Source: Octopus sinensis (taxonomy: Eukaryota). From it: 64,000 bases of DNA. The stretch covers positions 46,376,001-46,440,000 of the forward strand of contig NC_043003.1 of assembly GCF_006345805.1 (NCBI RefSeq), written 5' to 3'. Both the position numbers and the translations under genes were made by a program. The notes under the pieces were generated by a model that was not told the DNA's origin, ran no database searches, and saw nothing but the letters and a program-made list of their open reading frames with translations. Each line of letters opens with the position of its first letter. Position 1 is the stretch's first letter. Shown here piece by piece: positions 14,783 through 28,518 of the stretch.

Positions 14783-15299
14783 AGAGAGGGGAAGGGAGAC
14801 AATCAAACTGACAAACTGACGGAGACAGACACAGATAACATGTGTGTCTACGTGCCCCATAGTCCATTAAACATTTACCTATCTACGTATATGTATATGT
14901 GTGTGTATCATAACAGTGATACGATATTATTACTTGTGCTAATTGTGTTTGTATCAGTATAATAATGTTAATTTTATTTATGTTTCCCAAGTTTTCCCAA
15001 AAGAATGCTAAATCTCATGCGTGGTGTTGAGTAAAGTAGTTCAAGCTTTTACAATGTTATGATATAGTTGAAGACTGAACGACGTTTCCTGCCATTCATT
15101 TTCGTTCTATAAGAAGCTTTTTTCAGAGGGATGAGATTGGAGTGGATTTTGTTCCTCAAATATTATACGTATTATTTGACAAGAGAAAATATTTAATATT
15201 CATATTATATATTCTTCTTTCATTTTACAGCATTTCATGTTGTCTTTGCAGATCGGAAATGTCTATGTGTGATCCAATTGGGAAAAAAACGTCTAGCAG

Positions 15300-15560
15300 T
15301 TAGTGAGAGACTTTGCTCAAACTACAAGGCGTTACCGGCAGATGCTGTGTCTTCATACACTTTTTGAATAAGACGATGGGAGTTAAATAACCTTCGGAAA
15401 AGTTGTTTCTAATGCATACACCTAATTTATTACTCAACGAGGGAACTAAACAGGGCTTCTTCCTAACCGCTCCACCAACTTCAATTTTCAACCACATCTT
15501 CCCAGCTTACATGAAGGCTATACTAGACAAGACAGTCAGAGATATACAGAAAGACACAAT
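15300..15560 (+). mobile_element. RTE-type reverse transcriptase fragment (degenerate)
   Basis: EGTKQGFFLTAPPTSIFNHIF resembles the RT motif GxKQGCVLAPTLFNIF; the surrounding frame is broken. Confidence 0.4.
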
Positions 15561-15879
15561 GAGCTCCACTGCTATAATTTTGATCACTGACATCCTAACC
15601 GGAACCAGTCTTGTAACTACTAAAGAAGGTTAATGTAACTCAGTACAAACCGATATTTAGTTTATATTTTTATATTGTAATTTCTGAGGAACAGCGTCGC
15701 ATGTTGTTGAAATATAAAGGAGTAACATTGGACAAGTCATAACGGAGTCTTTAGAGCGATGCTAAATACTAGATTCTCATAAATAACTTAGTAAACCAGC
15801 GGGCGTTTTGCCCATCTTTGCCAATATAACATGCGCTATATACGTGCGCGCTCACACAAACACGCGCACGCACAACATG

Positions 15880-15916
<37 letters not shown>

Positions 15917-16005
15917 ATACACATACATATACACATACATATACACATGCCTAATATGAATTTTGCTCGGCGTGCTAAAGATTCTGCCAGCTCGCCGCTC
16001 TTGCA

Positions 16006-16043
<38 letters not shown>

Positions 16044-16177
16044 TTGAGATTTGCGTTAAGCTCTCCTTCATAGAGGTCAACCCAATCGGAACAACGTGAC
16101 ACTAATATTTTGAGTTAAACCACTTCCCGTGGTCTCTAAATATGTGGTTGAATTAATATGGGCATATTAATATGTAT

Positions 16178-16399
16178 TTCTTTATTACCCACGAGGGACT
16201 AAACATATAGGGGACAAAGACAGACAGAGGGATTAAGTCAATTACTTCGACCCCAGTGCGTAACTGGTACTTAATTTATCGACCCCGAAAGGATGAAAGG
16301 CAAAGTCGACTTCGGCGGAATTTGAACTCGAAACGTAACGGCAGACGAAATACGGCTACGCATTTCGCCCGGCGTGCTAACGTTTCTGCCAGCTCACCG
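16178..16399 (-). mobile_element. SINE family A, full length
   Basis: Reverse complement of the 1305-1546 consensus. Confidence 0.85.
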
Positions 16400-16659
16400 G
16401 AGGCGTATGCACCTGAACATATGTTCGGTGTAAACATGCCTCTTTAGTACTTAGTTGTCTATGCCCGCGCGTGTGTATGAGTGTATGCATTATTATTTTT
16501 CCTATATGTATCTTTGTATATGTACTCAGCCAAGTGTATACATATACTCCCTTAAAATAGCTCAAATGGAGTAAATTTGGAATGCCCTGTAAGTTTCAAT
16601 TGTGCTACTAACAGGCTGGATATGGAGGGTGTGCGACAGTCTCTTCTTTTTCTTTCTTT

Positions 16660-16886
16660 TTTCATTTACTTGTTTCAGTCATTTGAATGTGGCCATGATG
16701 GAGCACTGCCTTTATTCGAACAAATCGACCCCAGCACTTATTCCCTGTAAGCCTAGTACTTATTCTATCGGTCTCTTTTGCTGAACCGCTAAGTTACGGG
16801 GACGTGAACACACCAACATCGGTTGTCAAGCGATGGTGGGGGTACAAACAACAAACTCACATACACACACAAATATGTATGTATAT

Positions 16887-16958
<72 letters not shown>

Positions 16959-17153
16959 ATATATATACACATATATACATACACATATATATACGAGGGC
17001 TTCTTAATTTCCGTCTACCAAATCCACTCACAAGGTTTTGGTCGGCCCGAAGCTATAGCAGAAGACACTTACTCAAGGTGCCATGCAGTGGGACTGAACC
17101 CGGAGCCATGTAGTTGGTAAGCAAGCTACTTACCACACAGCCACTCCTGCGCC
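16660..17153 (-). mobile_element. tRNA-type SINE, family B (GGCGCAGGAGTGGCTGTGTGGTAAG head, internal microsatellite, GGCGGTGCTCCAGCATGGCCGCAGTCAAATGACTGAAAC tail)
   Basis: Homologous to 18125-18520, 26789-27264 and 54550-54932. Confidence 0.85.
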
Positions 17154-17699
17154 TCTCTCTTGATCTACCTTTAAAAATATTTGCATTTCTGAGGTTTTGT
17201 GAATATCTGTAATTATAGAGCTTTATGCATCTCTGATGACATGTATGTATGTATGTATGTATGCATGTATGTATGTATGTATGTATGTATGTATGTAGGT
17301 GGGTAGGTAGGTATGCATAAATGTATACACTCAAACGTCTTATATATATTTAGTTAAGAACTTCCATTAACTGATATTATCCATGCTATTAGTAGGAACA
17401 AAACCCTTCTAGAGATGATTAAAATATAGAAACAAGAGAGACAACTCCAGCAATATCAGCCCATCTATTCTTTTAAAATAAAAACTGAAGCTAAAGCAAG
17501 ACAAGAATTGGGTTTAGAATTTAAGTATACCTAGAGGGAGCTGTTGTTTGATAAATACATGAATGGCCTCATTTAATGGAAGTTTCTAAATACAGTATAG
17601 TAGTTAGGTGTATGTGTGTTCAATATACATATCTGTCCTCTGTCTTACACTCATACATCCCTCTCGTGTCTGTGTGTGTGTGTGTGTGTATGTGTGTGC

Positions 17700-17850
17700 G
17701 GGCGTGTATTTGTGTGGTAAGAAGCTTGCCGCCTAATCACATGGGCCTGGGTTCAGTCCCACTACGTGGCATCATCGGCGGGTTTCTTCTACTATAGGCA
17801 CGGGCCGACCAAAGAATTGTAAGCGGATTTGGTAGAGACTGGAAGAATCC
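17700..17850 (+). mobile_element. SINE family B, degenerate 5' half
   Basis: gtgtggtaagaagcttgc...gggttcagtcccact...gggccgaccaaag matches the family B head. Confidence 0.7.
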
Positions 17851-17863
17851 CATATATATATAT

Positions 17864-17910
<47 letters not shown>

Positions 17911-18124
17911 ATATTATATATATGTACATAACATATATACATATATATATATATGTATATATGTATGTATATATATTATGTGTGTGTATATTTATATGTA
18001 TATATATATATGTATATGTATATGTGTATGTATCATGTATATATATATATATATATATAATATATATATATACATATATATAAGTATATATATATATATA
18101 TATATTATATAATATATATAATAA

Positions 18125-18306
18125 GGGAATAGCTGTGTGATAAGTGGGTTGCTTACCGACTACATGGTTTCGGGTTCAGTCCCACTGCGTGGCACCTTGG
18201 GCAAGTGTCTTCTCCTATAGCCTCGGGCTGACCAAAAACTTGTGAGTGGATTTGGTAGACGGAAACTGAAAGAAGCTCGTCGTATATATGCATATATATA
18301 TATATA

Positions 18307-18345
<39 letters not shown>

Positions 18346-18520
18346 CCCCCATCATCGCTTGACAACCGATGGTGGTGTGTTTACTTCCCCGCAATTGAGA
18401 CCGACAGAATAAGTACTAGGCTTACAAAGAGTAACTCCTGCGGTCGATTTGCTCGACTAAAGGCGCTGCCCCAACATGGCCGCAGTCAAATGACTGAAAC
18501 AAGTAAAAGAATAAAAGAAT
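18125..18520 (+). mobile_element. SINE family B, full length
   Basis: Head, internal (TA)/(TG) tract and tail are all present. Confidence 0.85.
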
Positions 18521-19962
18521 ATGTATGTATGCGTGTGTGTGTTTGTGAGTATGTGTGTAAAATTAAAGTTAATATTTTAATATAAGTTGATGTAATCGAC
18601 TAGCCATCCTCCCACAAAACTTCCAGGCCTTGTACCTCTAGGAGAAAGGAATATTATAAAGTAAGTTGAAGAATAAGAATCGTACATTTACTGAATATGG
18701 TGGAACTCAATACTGAGGGTAGAGTCAAGTTTTGACTGAATGGTTGAATGGTTCATTGTATAGTTAATATATAACAACAGTGAAGCATTTAATCTGAGAA
18801 TTTCTTAAATAACGTTGAGACTGCCTTTGACGTTGCGTCACCATTACCCTCGCCAGATAAATCTTTCGAACTTACTGCCAACTTTTTGCGTTTCCTTGTT
18901 AAAATCACACACGTACACATGTGGGTGAAAATGTATATATATATAATATATATATATACACATACACAGATATATATATATATATACTTATATGCATGTA
19001 TGTATGTATGTATGTATGTATATATATATATATATATGTATATATATGGATGAATGTTTATGTATATATGTATATACGTGTGTGTATGTGTGTATATATG
19101 TATGTGTAGTTATCTACTTAATTCCAACCATTATTTTTAGATACAGCTTTTACCACATTTGTATAAATGTGTGTGTGTGTGTGTGCCTCTAGGCAATAGT
19201 ATGCATTTATTTCGTTTATTTTATTTGCAAGGGGAAGTTTTCACAGATTTTTACGAGGCAAATATAAAAAAGAACTAACTGCAGTGCCCTTTGATGAGAT
19301 GCAGAAAGTATTCTACTTAATGTTTTCCCTCCGAAACTTCAAAACTCACTTGAAATGCAGACATGCCCAGTGAAAAATGCTTTTAATTTCAAAATCAGTT
19401 CAAAGAATTTCCATTTCTTTATAAAAGAGGTTGGAATTAAATTTAGGTTTTAATAACTTCTGTTGTGAGAATGTGTAGCCATTTTAGTATCGTTAAAAAG
19501 AAAAAAAACTATGCTATTCAAGCACAGCAATAAATTCATCTTATCCTGGTCCGTACTCACCAAAGAAATATCGCTTCGGTCGCTGTTTTTTTATATATAT
19601 TTTTTAATCTAATTTTTATATGGTTTTTCTTTAATACTCGTTCTTGTTGAAAATTCCTAATGAGGCTTTGCTAAAGTTCTTTTATGATACACACCATGTT
19701 TAAGAGATTAAAAGATAAAACACCATGCAAAAAACAGTCATATTAAGATTCTGTATAAAATCAAATGGTAATGTGTTGATGAGCCGTGGAGAGAGAAATT
19801 ATGTAACATTTTATCGGAAATTACAGAATTCTATCAAAAGTTGGAGAAATATTAACTTCTAATTCGACTGGAATCCACTAAACAAACAACTAAGGCTTAA
19901 GTCTTAAAAATCCAAGGTTGGTTTTGCTGTTGTTGTTGATATTGACGTTGTTATTGTTATTG

Positions 19963-20020
<58 letters not shown>

Positions 20021-20099
20021 CATTATTTATTATTATTATTATATTATTATTATTATTATTTTATTATATGATTATATTATTATATTATTATAATTAAGA

Positions 20100-20950
20100 C
20101 CTTGAGCTAACAGAATATCGTTAGCGCGCCGCCGGACAGGATGTTTTGTGATATTCTTTCCTGCTTTATGCTTTGAGTTCAAATTCAACCGAGATCGACT
20201 TCGCCTTACTTCCTCGTGGTGTCGATAAATTAAGTACCAGTCAACCACTGGGGTCGATGTGATCGACTAAACCATCTCCCAAAATTGCAGAATTTGTACC
20301 TATAGTACAAAACATCGTTGCTGTTGTGGTTGTTGTTGCTGCTATTATTTATATTGTGTTTAGATTTTTATTATTTGGCAAAATCCTTACACAGATGGAC
20401 AAAATGCCTGCCATTATATATTCCGGTTCGGTTCTTTATACTCGGAGTTCAAATTTCGTAGTGGTCATTTTTTACTTTAATCCCTCTGAGGTCAATAGAA
20501 TGTGTTACCAGTCAAGGACTGGGTTGATTGTATTACCGAGCCCTTCTCTCTCAAAATTGGAACACTTGTGCCTAAATAAGAAACAATTATTTGTTCCAGT
20601 TCTTTAACCTTTTATTTCAAAATTCCACAATGTCAACTTTGATTACATTCTTTAGAGATGGATAGAATAAAGTATCAGTCAAGTATTGCAGCTGATTCAG
20701 TCGAGTAAACTCTCACTTCAAATTTCTGATTTTCTGGTTAGCTTGGAAATTATTATAAGAATGAATGTATTATTTGGAGTGTTGAATCCAAAGGCAGTGA
20801 ACTGACAGAATCATTACAGCGTCGGTATTTTTTCTTGTTCATTATGTTCTGAATTTAAATTCTGTCGAGGTCAGTTTTTCCCTTCATTTTTCGTGGTCGA
20901 CAAGATATAGTCCCTGTGAAGCACTGGATTCGATTACAGCGACTAATCTC
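20100..20950 (+). mobile_element. Three decayed family A SINE copies (20100-20315, ~20400-20590, ~20780-20950)
   Basis: Recurrent gagttcaaatt...gtcgataaattaagtaccagtc...ggggtcgat motifs with increasing divergence. Confidence 0.6.
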
Positions 20951-22529
20951 TGCTGATAACTGCTCACCATGTAGCTAAATGATAAACCTTATTTGGAGAT
21001 TTGTAAAGAGGGAATTGCCAAAATAGGGGAAATATCTAACATTTAGTTACGTGTATTTATGTTTTGAGTTCAAACTTGACTAAAATTACTTTGTATTTTA
21101 TCTTTCAGTGTCAATAAAATGAAAGTCAAATACTGTTTTAAGTAAAGATAGTTATTTTCCATCCGTCCTTCCTTCCTTCTTTATATCTTCAGCTTAAGAT
21201 GAAGACGCAGGACCGCCGTCAACACTACGTGTTAAGAGGGAAGGGCTCGGTGATGCAATCGAACTATACGTGTTTTAAACTAATTATTTTAAACTAAGTA
21301 TTTTATACTAATTGGTACCCTTCCTTCTCTACGTCTTAACACATCGATTTCTTCTGGTGAGAACTAGAGAAAGTGAGAGGAAAAGAGTATTGATCACAGC
21401 AGGATTTAAACTCAGGGTACTGCATATCCGGAGCGAATACCATACTGCATTCTATCCGATACTCCAACCACCACGCCATCTCACCTATTTTATGTTTATA
21501 GACATCTCTTAAGATGTATGATGTTGAACCTATGTTAGAAATCAATACAGGAATGACTGACTTTTTGTAAGCACTGTTCAGTATATGTTATACTTGACAA
21601 CTGCCTTGTTTTATGTTTCAGTCGTAAGAAGAAAAGAGGCGATTATGATGTTTTACAGAGCCGCCGTAACTGTTGGAGGCAAAAAGAAAAATAAACCGTA
21701 AATAATAAAAGACAAAGGGGAATCCAAACTGTACCTAAGATGTACCTACAATAGGAATTGGTATATCAAGATATTGATACTGGAAGCCTGGTCTGAACGC
21801 CACCACAATAACCAACAACATCAACATCACCATCTGTACCATCCGCGCCACTTACGCCACTAAATGTGCCTAAAGGACTGATGGTGAAGTCATTCTTAGC
21901 TTTAGTCTTAGTTCATCCGGATCCTCATTGAGCATCGGGTAGCGGGTGATCTTCAGTTATTACAGAACCAGAACCGGCCCAGAAACATCTTCCAGGCCAG
22001 ACCCGTGTTTACTAGATTCTTCTCTATGGTTCTCAACAAGGTCTTGACAAGTTTAAAATCTACAAAAAAAAAATATATATATATATAATAGTCATCCATT
22101 CGGTGGGTTTCTACTACACAGTCTACATTTACCTAATTTGTTTGTGTTGAATAAATAGTCTTAGATCGAAGGGAGGCAATGATTAACTCACTTTCCCTTG
22201 GGATCGCTCAGCGGGATGGAAACCGAAACCATACGATGCGAAGCGAACTACTGAACCACACAGCCATATTAACGCTCGTCACGTATCGCATGAGCCAACG
22301 ATGGATACAGTATACATTCAACCATTAAATATGCAGCAGTATTTACGGAACATTTAACAGCTTACAGTATATTTAAAAGATTAACTACTTCCAATGATCA
22401 AACAACTGAATTTCTCATTCACGAAATCGACGAAGGATCTGTTTAATTTATTAGTTTGTGAGTTTGTCGGTGAGTGTATAAATAAATACATACATACCTA
22501 CAACATACCTAAATATAAATGTGTATATC

Positions 22530-22586
<57 letters not shown>

Positions 22587-22869
22587 ATGTATATTAAAGC
22601 AACCAATACATGTAGTAGAAAGAAATATTTCTTGCACAGTTGTTGTTTTCTTTATCTTGGAATCACGGACCACTAAGATAACTATAACTACTGCGCTACA
22701 GTACATAGATATACATGCATATTTGTATGCAAAATAGATCCTTTCTTTCTCTCTCTTTATTCAAGAGTTATTCAAGCTGAACAGAATAACAGGTCATTGG
22801 ATCAGCTTAAATAAATTTTTAAAGAGTAATTTTAGAATTGTACTTTCATCTGCGTTCATTAAAACTAAT

Positions 22870-22912
<43 letters not shown>

Positions 22913-23449
22913 CGCGCGTGTGTGTGCGTCTGTGCTTGCTTGCTTGCGTGTTTGCGTGTGTGTATGTTAATGTGTGCTTGTCCGCGTTAGTCCGTGTCCT
23001 TACAAGGAAAATAACTGAGAAAGACAAGGGAGAAAGATTGTTCGGATATTTCCTCACATCTTAAGTGAATATTTTTCGGTAATTCTTTATTCATGGGATC
23101 AAATACCAACTAGAGAGAATTGGATTTCTTTCTTCATTCATCAATCTACTTCACTATAACACCTATGCTTTGAATCTTCTTGGATTGTTATTGCATAAAG
23201 TTTTGTTTTTGCTATTTATCATCATCATTTTTGATGTTTCACTGTATTTTGTTCTATATTTTTACACTGATTCCGTCTCAGAGCTCTGTCTTCTTTTACA
23301 GAAGTAATTACGAGTTCGGTCTTTTACCGAACATTTTTCTTCTATTTCTGCATGTTTAACTCTTCATTTACTTAAATAGCATCCTCAATACTGTCATTGC
23401 CAACATCACCGACATCGCTGACATACCATCAATAATCTTTTCTACACTA

Positions 23450-24260
23450 TGTACAAGGCCGGTAATTTGTGGGGGGGAGAGACCAGTCGATTACATCGAC
23501 CCCCCCCACTGTTTCACTGGTACTTAATTTATCGACCCTGAAAGGATGAAAGACAAAGTCGACCCCAGCGACATTTGAACTCAGAATGTAAAGACAGACG
23601 AAACACCGCTTAAGCATTTTGCCATTGTAATGAGCTATCTTCTATAGGCACGAGGCCTGGAATTTTGGTGGAGGGGGTAAGTCGATTTTATCGAACCCAG
23701 TGCTTCACTGGTACTTAATTCATCACCCCCGAAAGGATGAAAGGCCAAGTCGACCTCACTGTAATTTGAACTCAGAACGTAGCGACGGGCGAAATACCGC
23801 TAAGCAATTCGTTCAGCGTGCTAACGATTCTTTTCTACTTTAGGAACAAGGCCCGTATTTTAGGGGGAGGTGTCCAGTCGATTTGATCGACCCCAGTACA
23901 CAACTGGTACTTAATTTATAGATCCCGAAAGGATGAAAGGCAAACTCGACCTCGGCGGAATTTGAACTCACAGCGTAAAGATAGGCGAAATACCTATTTC
24001 TTTACTACACACAAGAGGTTAAACACAGAGGGGACAAATAAGGACAGACAAACGGATTAAGTCGATTATATCGACCCCAGTGCGTAACTGGTACTTCTTT
24101 AATCGACCTTGAAAGGATGAAAGGCAAAGTCGACCTCGGCGGAATTTAAACTGAGAAAGTAGCGGCAGACGAAATACCGATAAGCATTTCGCCCGGCGTG
24201 CTAACATTTCTGCCAGCTCGCCGCCTTAGCGTGCTAACGACTCTGCCAGCTCGCCGGCTT
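23450..24260 (-). mobile_element. Head-to-tail and nested array of four family A SINEs
   Basis: Four repeats of ctggtactt..t(t)atcgacc(c)cgaaaggatgaaaggcaaagtcgacc; copy 4 (23994-24227) interrupts the head of copy 3. Confidence 0.85.
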
Positions 24261-24563
24261 ACATACTATCAATAGTACCACCAATACTAATATCACCAAC
24301 AATACCACACACCATCAAAAACAATGTCACCACAATTGTCACCAGCACCAAAACCGACACCAACGGCATCAACACTACCAATGACACCATCACCCGTATC
24401 GCTGAGGCAATCATCAACAATCTCACTAGAGACACGATTACCAATGCCACTAATACAATCAGCATACCGTCACTACGACAACCGCAGTCACAAACATCAC
24501 CAATCGTTTAAACCACCTCTGACCAATCGTTTCAACCACAAATGTCAGCAACTAACAATTTCA

Positions 24564-24663
24564 NNNNNNNNNNNNNNNNNNNNNNNNNNNNNNNNNNNNN
24601 NNNNNNNNNNNNNNNNNNNNNNNNNNNNNNNNNNNNNNNNNNNNNNNNNNNNNNNNNNNNNNN
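24564..24663. other. Assembly gap (100 N)
   Basis: Run of exactly 100 N, a typical placeholder for a gap of unknown size. Confidence 0.98.
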
Positions 24664-24980
24664 GAACCAACTGTGCTGCCAGGGAGGGACAATATAGAAA
24701 TGACGAAAATCAACCGGTATCATAGGTTCCAAGTGATGTATACTGCATTGTGTGTGGATGCGTAGAAGACAGTTGTGCTAAAGCAGATTGGAAGTCCGAT
24801 AGACGCAGAAATGATGATGTTCTGATGCAGGTTGAGTCTTCAGGTGAGAAAGAAATCACGGGTGTTTGGACTGTATCTGTTTTCGGTCAGAGATACTCAT
24901 CTACGTGGTGAATATTTGATGTAGAATATTGAAGACTACAGAAGATTGTTTTCTCTTCCGCTCCTCAGGTATATCTGATC

Positions 24981-25060
24981 GCCCTTCTAAATCCTTTATC
25001 CCACTTCTAAATACTTTATCGCTCTTCTAAATCCTTTAGCTACTTCCAATTCTTCGCTCC
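24981..25060 (+). repeat. ~20-bp minisatellite, 3-4 copies (cttctaaatcctttatc)
   Basis: Directly visible tandem units. Confidence 0.7.
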
Positions 25061-26091
25061 TATCTCCTTTTGCATCCAAGATTTCCTTTCATTGCATTTC
25101 TCTTTCAAACACCATGCTCGGTGAGTTCAACGCTAACAAATCATCTAAGCTCATACACTGAGTTTCGTTGTCAACTCTCTCTCATCCCATTGCTCTTTCT
25201 CTCTCTCTTTCTCTCTCTTTCCCTCGCTTACTCTTTCCCCTTCTTAAATACAGTTTCGCACGTACATCTACACACACAGAGAATAATATATAGACATATA
25301 CATGTGTGAGTTCTGCATAGGTTCATGCAAATCATTTTCTATCTCACAAACCTGCATTTATACATGCACATATATACATAATATACACATGCAATATATA
25401 TATATGCAAATGTGTCTGCATTCACGTATGTATATGTGTGTGCGCGTGTACTATATATATATGCATGTTTCCGTTGCTGTTGATGCTGCTGTTGTTGTTG
25501 TTGTTGTTGTAATTGCTACGGCTGTTACAGTTGTGTTTCTGGCTGTTATTTGAAAATGGCAGTAGTAAATGTCACAGCAAAAGATGCACGACACAGAGCC
25601 TGGGCATCTGGGTACTTCAGAGCTGAAATGACGTTCGTGCTGTTTACTGTCTCCATGGGGACCATGTAATCGCATCAGATAAGAAATACTGGGTGGTGTT
25701 GTAGATGATGATGATGATGATGATTATGATGATGGTGGTGGTGGTAGTGGTGGTGCTGGTGCTGGTGCTGGTGCTGGTGCTGGTGCTGGTAGTGATGGTG
25801 GTAGCAGTGGTGCTGGTGGTGGTGGTGGTGCTGCTGCTGCTGCAATGACGCTACTTGTAAAGGTGACTATGGTGTGATGGGGGTGTGTGATATTTATATG
25901 TGAAATAGTTTCTTCATGGATGACAGACCTGAGAAACAAGATACTTAAGAACGCGTCAGTTTCGACTTTGGTAAGACAATGAAAACAATCTAGATCTAAT
26001 AGTATTTATTGTTTTTGATTCCATATCAAGATAACAGTGAACCATTCTGACCACCCCCCGGTGGTTGAAACTAGTCGAAGAGTATCAATTG

Positions 26092-26138
<47 letters not shown>

Positions 26139-26310
26139 TGAGCTACCGATAGAGATGGGGAGAGAGAAAAAAAATGAATCACTTCCCAGGATAGTGCAAC
26201 TGTCGTTTAGTTTTTGCCGTTTCGGATCTCGTTGTCGTCGTCATTGTTTTTGTTACTCTTGTTGCTTCCCTCTAGGTCAGCCCTGCTCGAGTCGAGTAGG
26301 TTGTTATACT

Positions 26311-26700
26311 ATTGATTGATTCTAGTTTCAGCTCACGAGCTGTGGCCATGCTGGGGCACCGCCATTTGGTGTTGCTACATGGTTTTACTTCACGAATGCT
26401 TTTTAGCAACTGCCATTTGGTGCATGAGAGAGTTCGATGCAGCTGCCCTCATCTGCACTTCCTGTCGTGAAGTTGGTTCATCTGGGATACCTGACAAGAA
26501 GAGATCCAGTTTCATTTTAAAGACATCTGCATCCATCCCATGCAGGTCTCTTAGGTTATTCGGGAGGATATTGAGGAGCTGTGGGCCTCGGAAGCCCAGG
26601 CTATCTATCTGTCAGATAGGGCGTAACTACTCCTTTTATCTGTTCTCTTCCTTCCATTTGTAAATTCGTTGTGCTGCTAGCAACCACAGCAGGAACCCTG
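26311..26700 (-). mobile_element. 3' end of a CR1-group (CR1/L2-like) LINE
   Basis: Minus strand translates LGFRGPQLLNILPNNLRDLHGMDADVFKMKLDLFLSGIPDEPTSRQEVQMRAAASNSLMHQ, then a 3' UTR ending GGCGGTGCCCCAGCATGGCCACAGCTCGTGAGCTGAAACTAG and an (AATC)n tail. Confidence 0.75.
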
Positions 26701-26788
26701 ACAGAGAACTGTCGTGTCCTCACGACACCTATACATCCTTTACACAGTATAAGATGCCAAAAATTTGCATTCAAATTGTTGATCAACT

Positions 26789-26948
26789 GCGCAGGGGTGG
26801 CTGTGTGGTAAGTAGCTTGCTAACCAACCACATGGTTCCGAGTTCAGTCACACTGCGTGGCACCTTGAGCAAATATCTTCTACTGCAGGCTCGGGCCGAC
26901 CGAAGCCTTGTGAGTGGATTTGGTAGATGGAAACTGAAAGAAGCCTCC

Positions 26949-27014
<66 letters not shown>

Positions 27015-27264
27015 TGTGTGTGTCTGTGTGTGTGTGGTGTGTGTGTGTGTGTGTGTGTGTGTTTGTGTGTCTGTGTTCGTCCCCCCAACATCGCTTGACA
27101 ACCGATGCTGGTGTGTTTACGTCCCCAGTAACTTAGTGGTTCGGCAAAAGAGACCGATAGAATAAGTACTAGGCTTACGAAGAATAAGTCCTGGGCTCGA
27201 TTTGTTCAACTAAAGGCGGTGCTCCAGCATGGCGGCAGTCAAATGACTGAAACAAGTAAAAGAG
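26789..27264 (+). mobile_element. SINE family B, full length, low divergence
   Basis: Head gcgcaggggtggctgtgtggtaag to tail gactgaaacaagtaaaagag. Confidence 0.88.
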
Positions 27265-27960
27265 TAACTCGCCCTTTTTTACTCAGACACAGCCTTCCCA
27301 GGTCCACATTAACCACTGTTCGCGCGCGAATGAGTGCGTGTTTTATAGAGCCGTCAAGGTGTGTTTTGAAGGCTTATTAGCTACACAGTTGCCCGAAAGT
27401 ATAGGCGCCTTCCCTTTAAACATTTTAAACATTTTACTTGTGCCTTCTTTTGGAAGCGACCACGCTGGGGCACTATCGACAAAATGTTTGTGGACATATC
27501 TTCTCAAGAGTATTTGTGAATATATCAACCAAGAAATTGCTTGGCCAGTTCTCATTCATCTTCGGTTTGGTTAAACAAGGATTATTCTGAACAGAAGTCT
27601 ATTCACGTCTAAATAAGGAACAAAAGCAGGATTTGATAGGATCAGGAAAATTCTTCCTCACTAGACATATTCAATCTATTGATTTCTATGTAACACAAAA
27701 GATTCCTATAAAATCAAGAATATTTATATAAACTATTACAATTAAGCACTATTCAACTTTCTTTTACATTGTCAATAATTTCCCAGTTTGGTTAATTCTT
27801 TAGCAAATATCAAACTTAAACGTCACGGAATTAGATCTAGTGATGTTCTTTCTTGATTATTCTTTCAGAGTTTGATTAAGGGATAGGTATAGAATGTGAA
27901 GTTCGAGGTGGCAAACTATAGATAGATAGATAGATAGATAGATAGACAGATAGAATAGAC

Positions 27961-28026
<66 letters not shown>

Positions 28027-28054
28027 ACAAATATTTACACAAATCAAATATATG

Positions 28055-28085
<31 letters not shown>

Positions 28086-28126
28086 GTGTATATATATCAA
28101 TGTATATGTATATGTAAATGTATATT

Positions 28127-28406
28127 CGGCTCACGATTGTAAGGTCGTGAGTTCAATTCCTGGCGACGCGTTGTGAACTTGAGCAAGATACTTTATTTCA
28201 TGTTGCTCCAATCCACTCAGCTGGTAAAAATGAGTTGTACCTGTATTTCAAAGGGCCGGGTTTGTTACACTCTGTGTCACACTGAATCTCCCTGAGAACT
28301 ACGTGTCTGTGGAATGCTCAGCGACTTGCACGTTAATTTCACGAGCAAGTTGTTCCGTTGATCGTATCAGCTGGGACCCTCGCCGTCGTAATCGACAGAG
28401 TGCTCC
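28127..28406 (+). mobile_element. tRNA-derived SINE, family E (same central block as family D, different 3' half)
   Basis: B-box gagttcaattcc; ttgagcaagatactttatttcatgttgctccaatccactcagctgg. Confidence 0.7.
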
Positions 28407-28423
28407 ATCCGTATATATTTATG

Positions 28424-28465
<42 letters not shown>

Positions 28466-28478
28466 TTTAATATCTATA

Positions 28479-28518
<40 letters not shown>

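Noticed and set aside
24664-24960. Possible second Penelope GIY-YIG remnant (CFSTTVFY..IH.TQCS..YI-like) next to the gap
   Set aside because: Needs several indels to align and is cut by the N-gap; too weak to call.
25560-25940. Pro/Ala-rich 71-aa ORF behind a good acceptor (…AAAAAPPPPPAPLLPP…)
   Set aside because: Composed of (GGT)/(GCT) simple repeats like other non-coding blocks here; no supporting homology.
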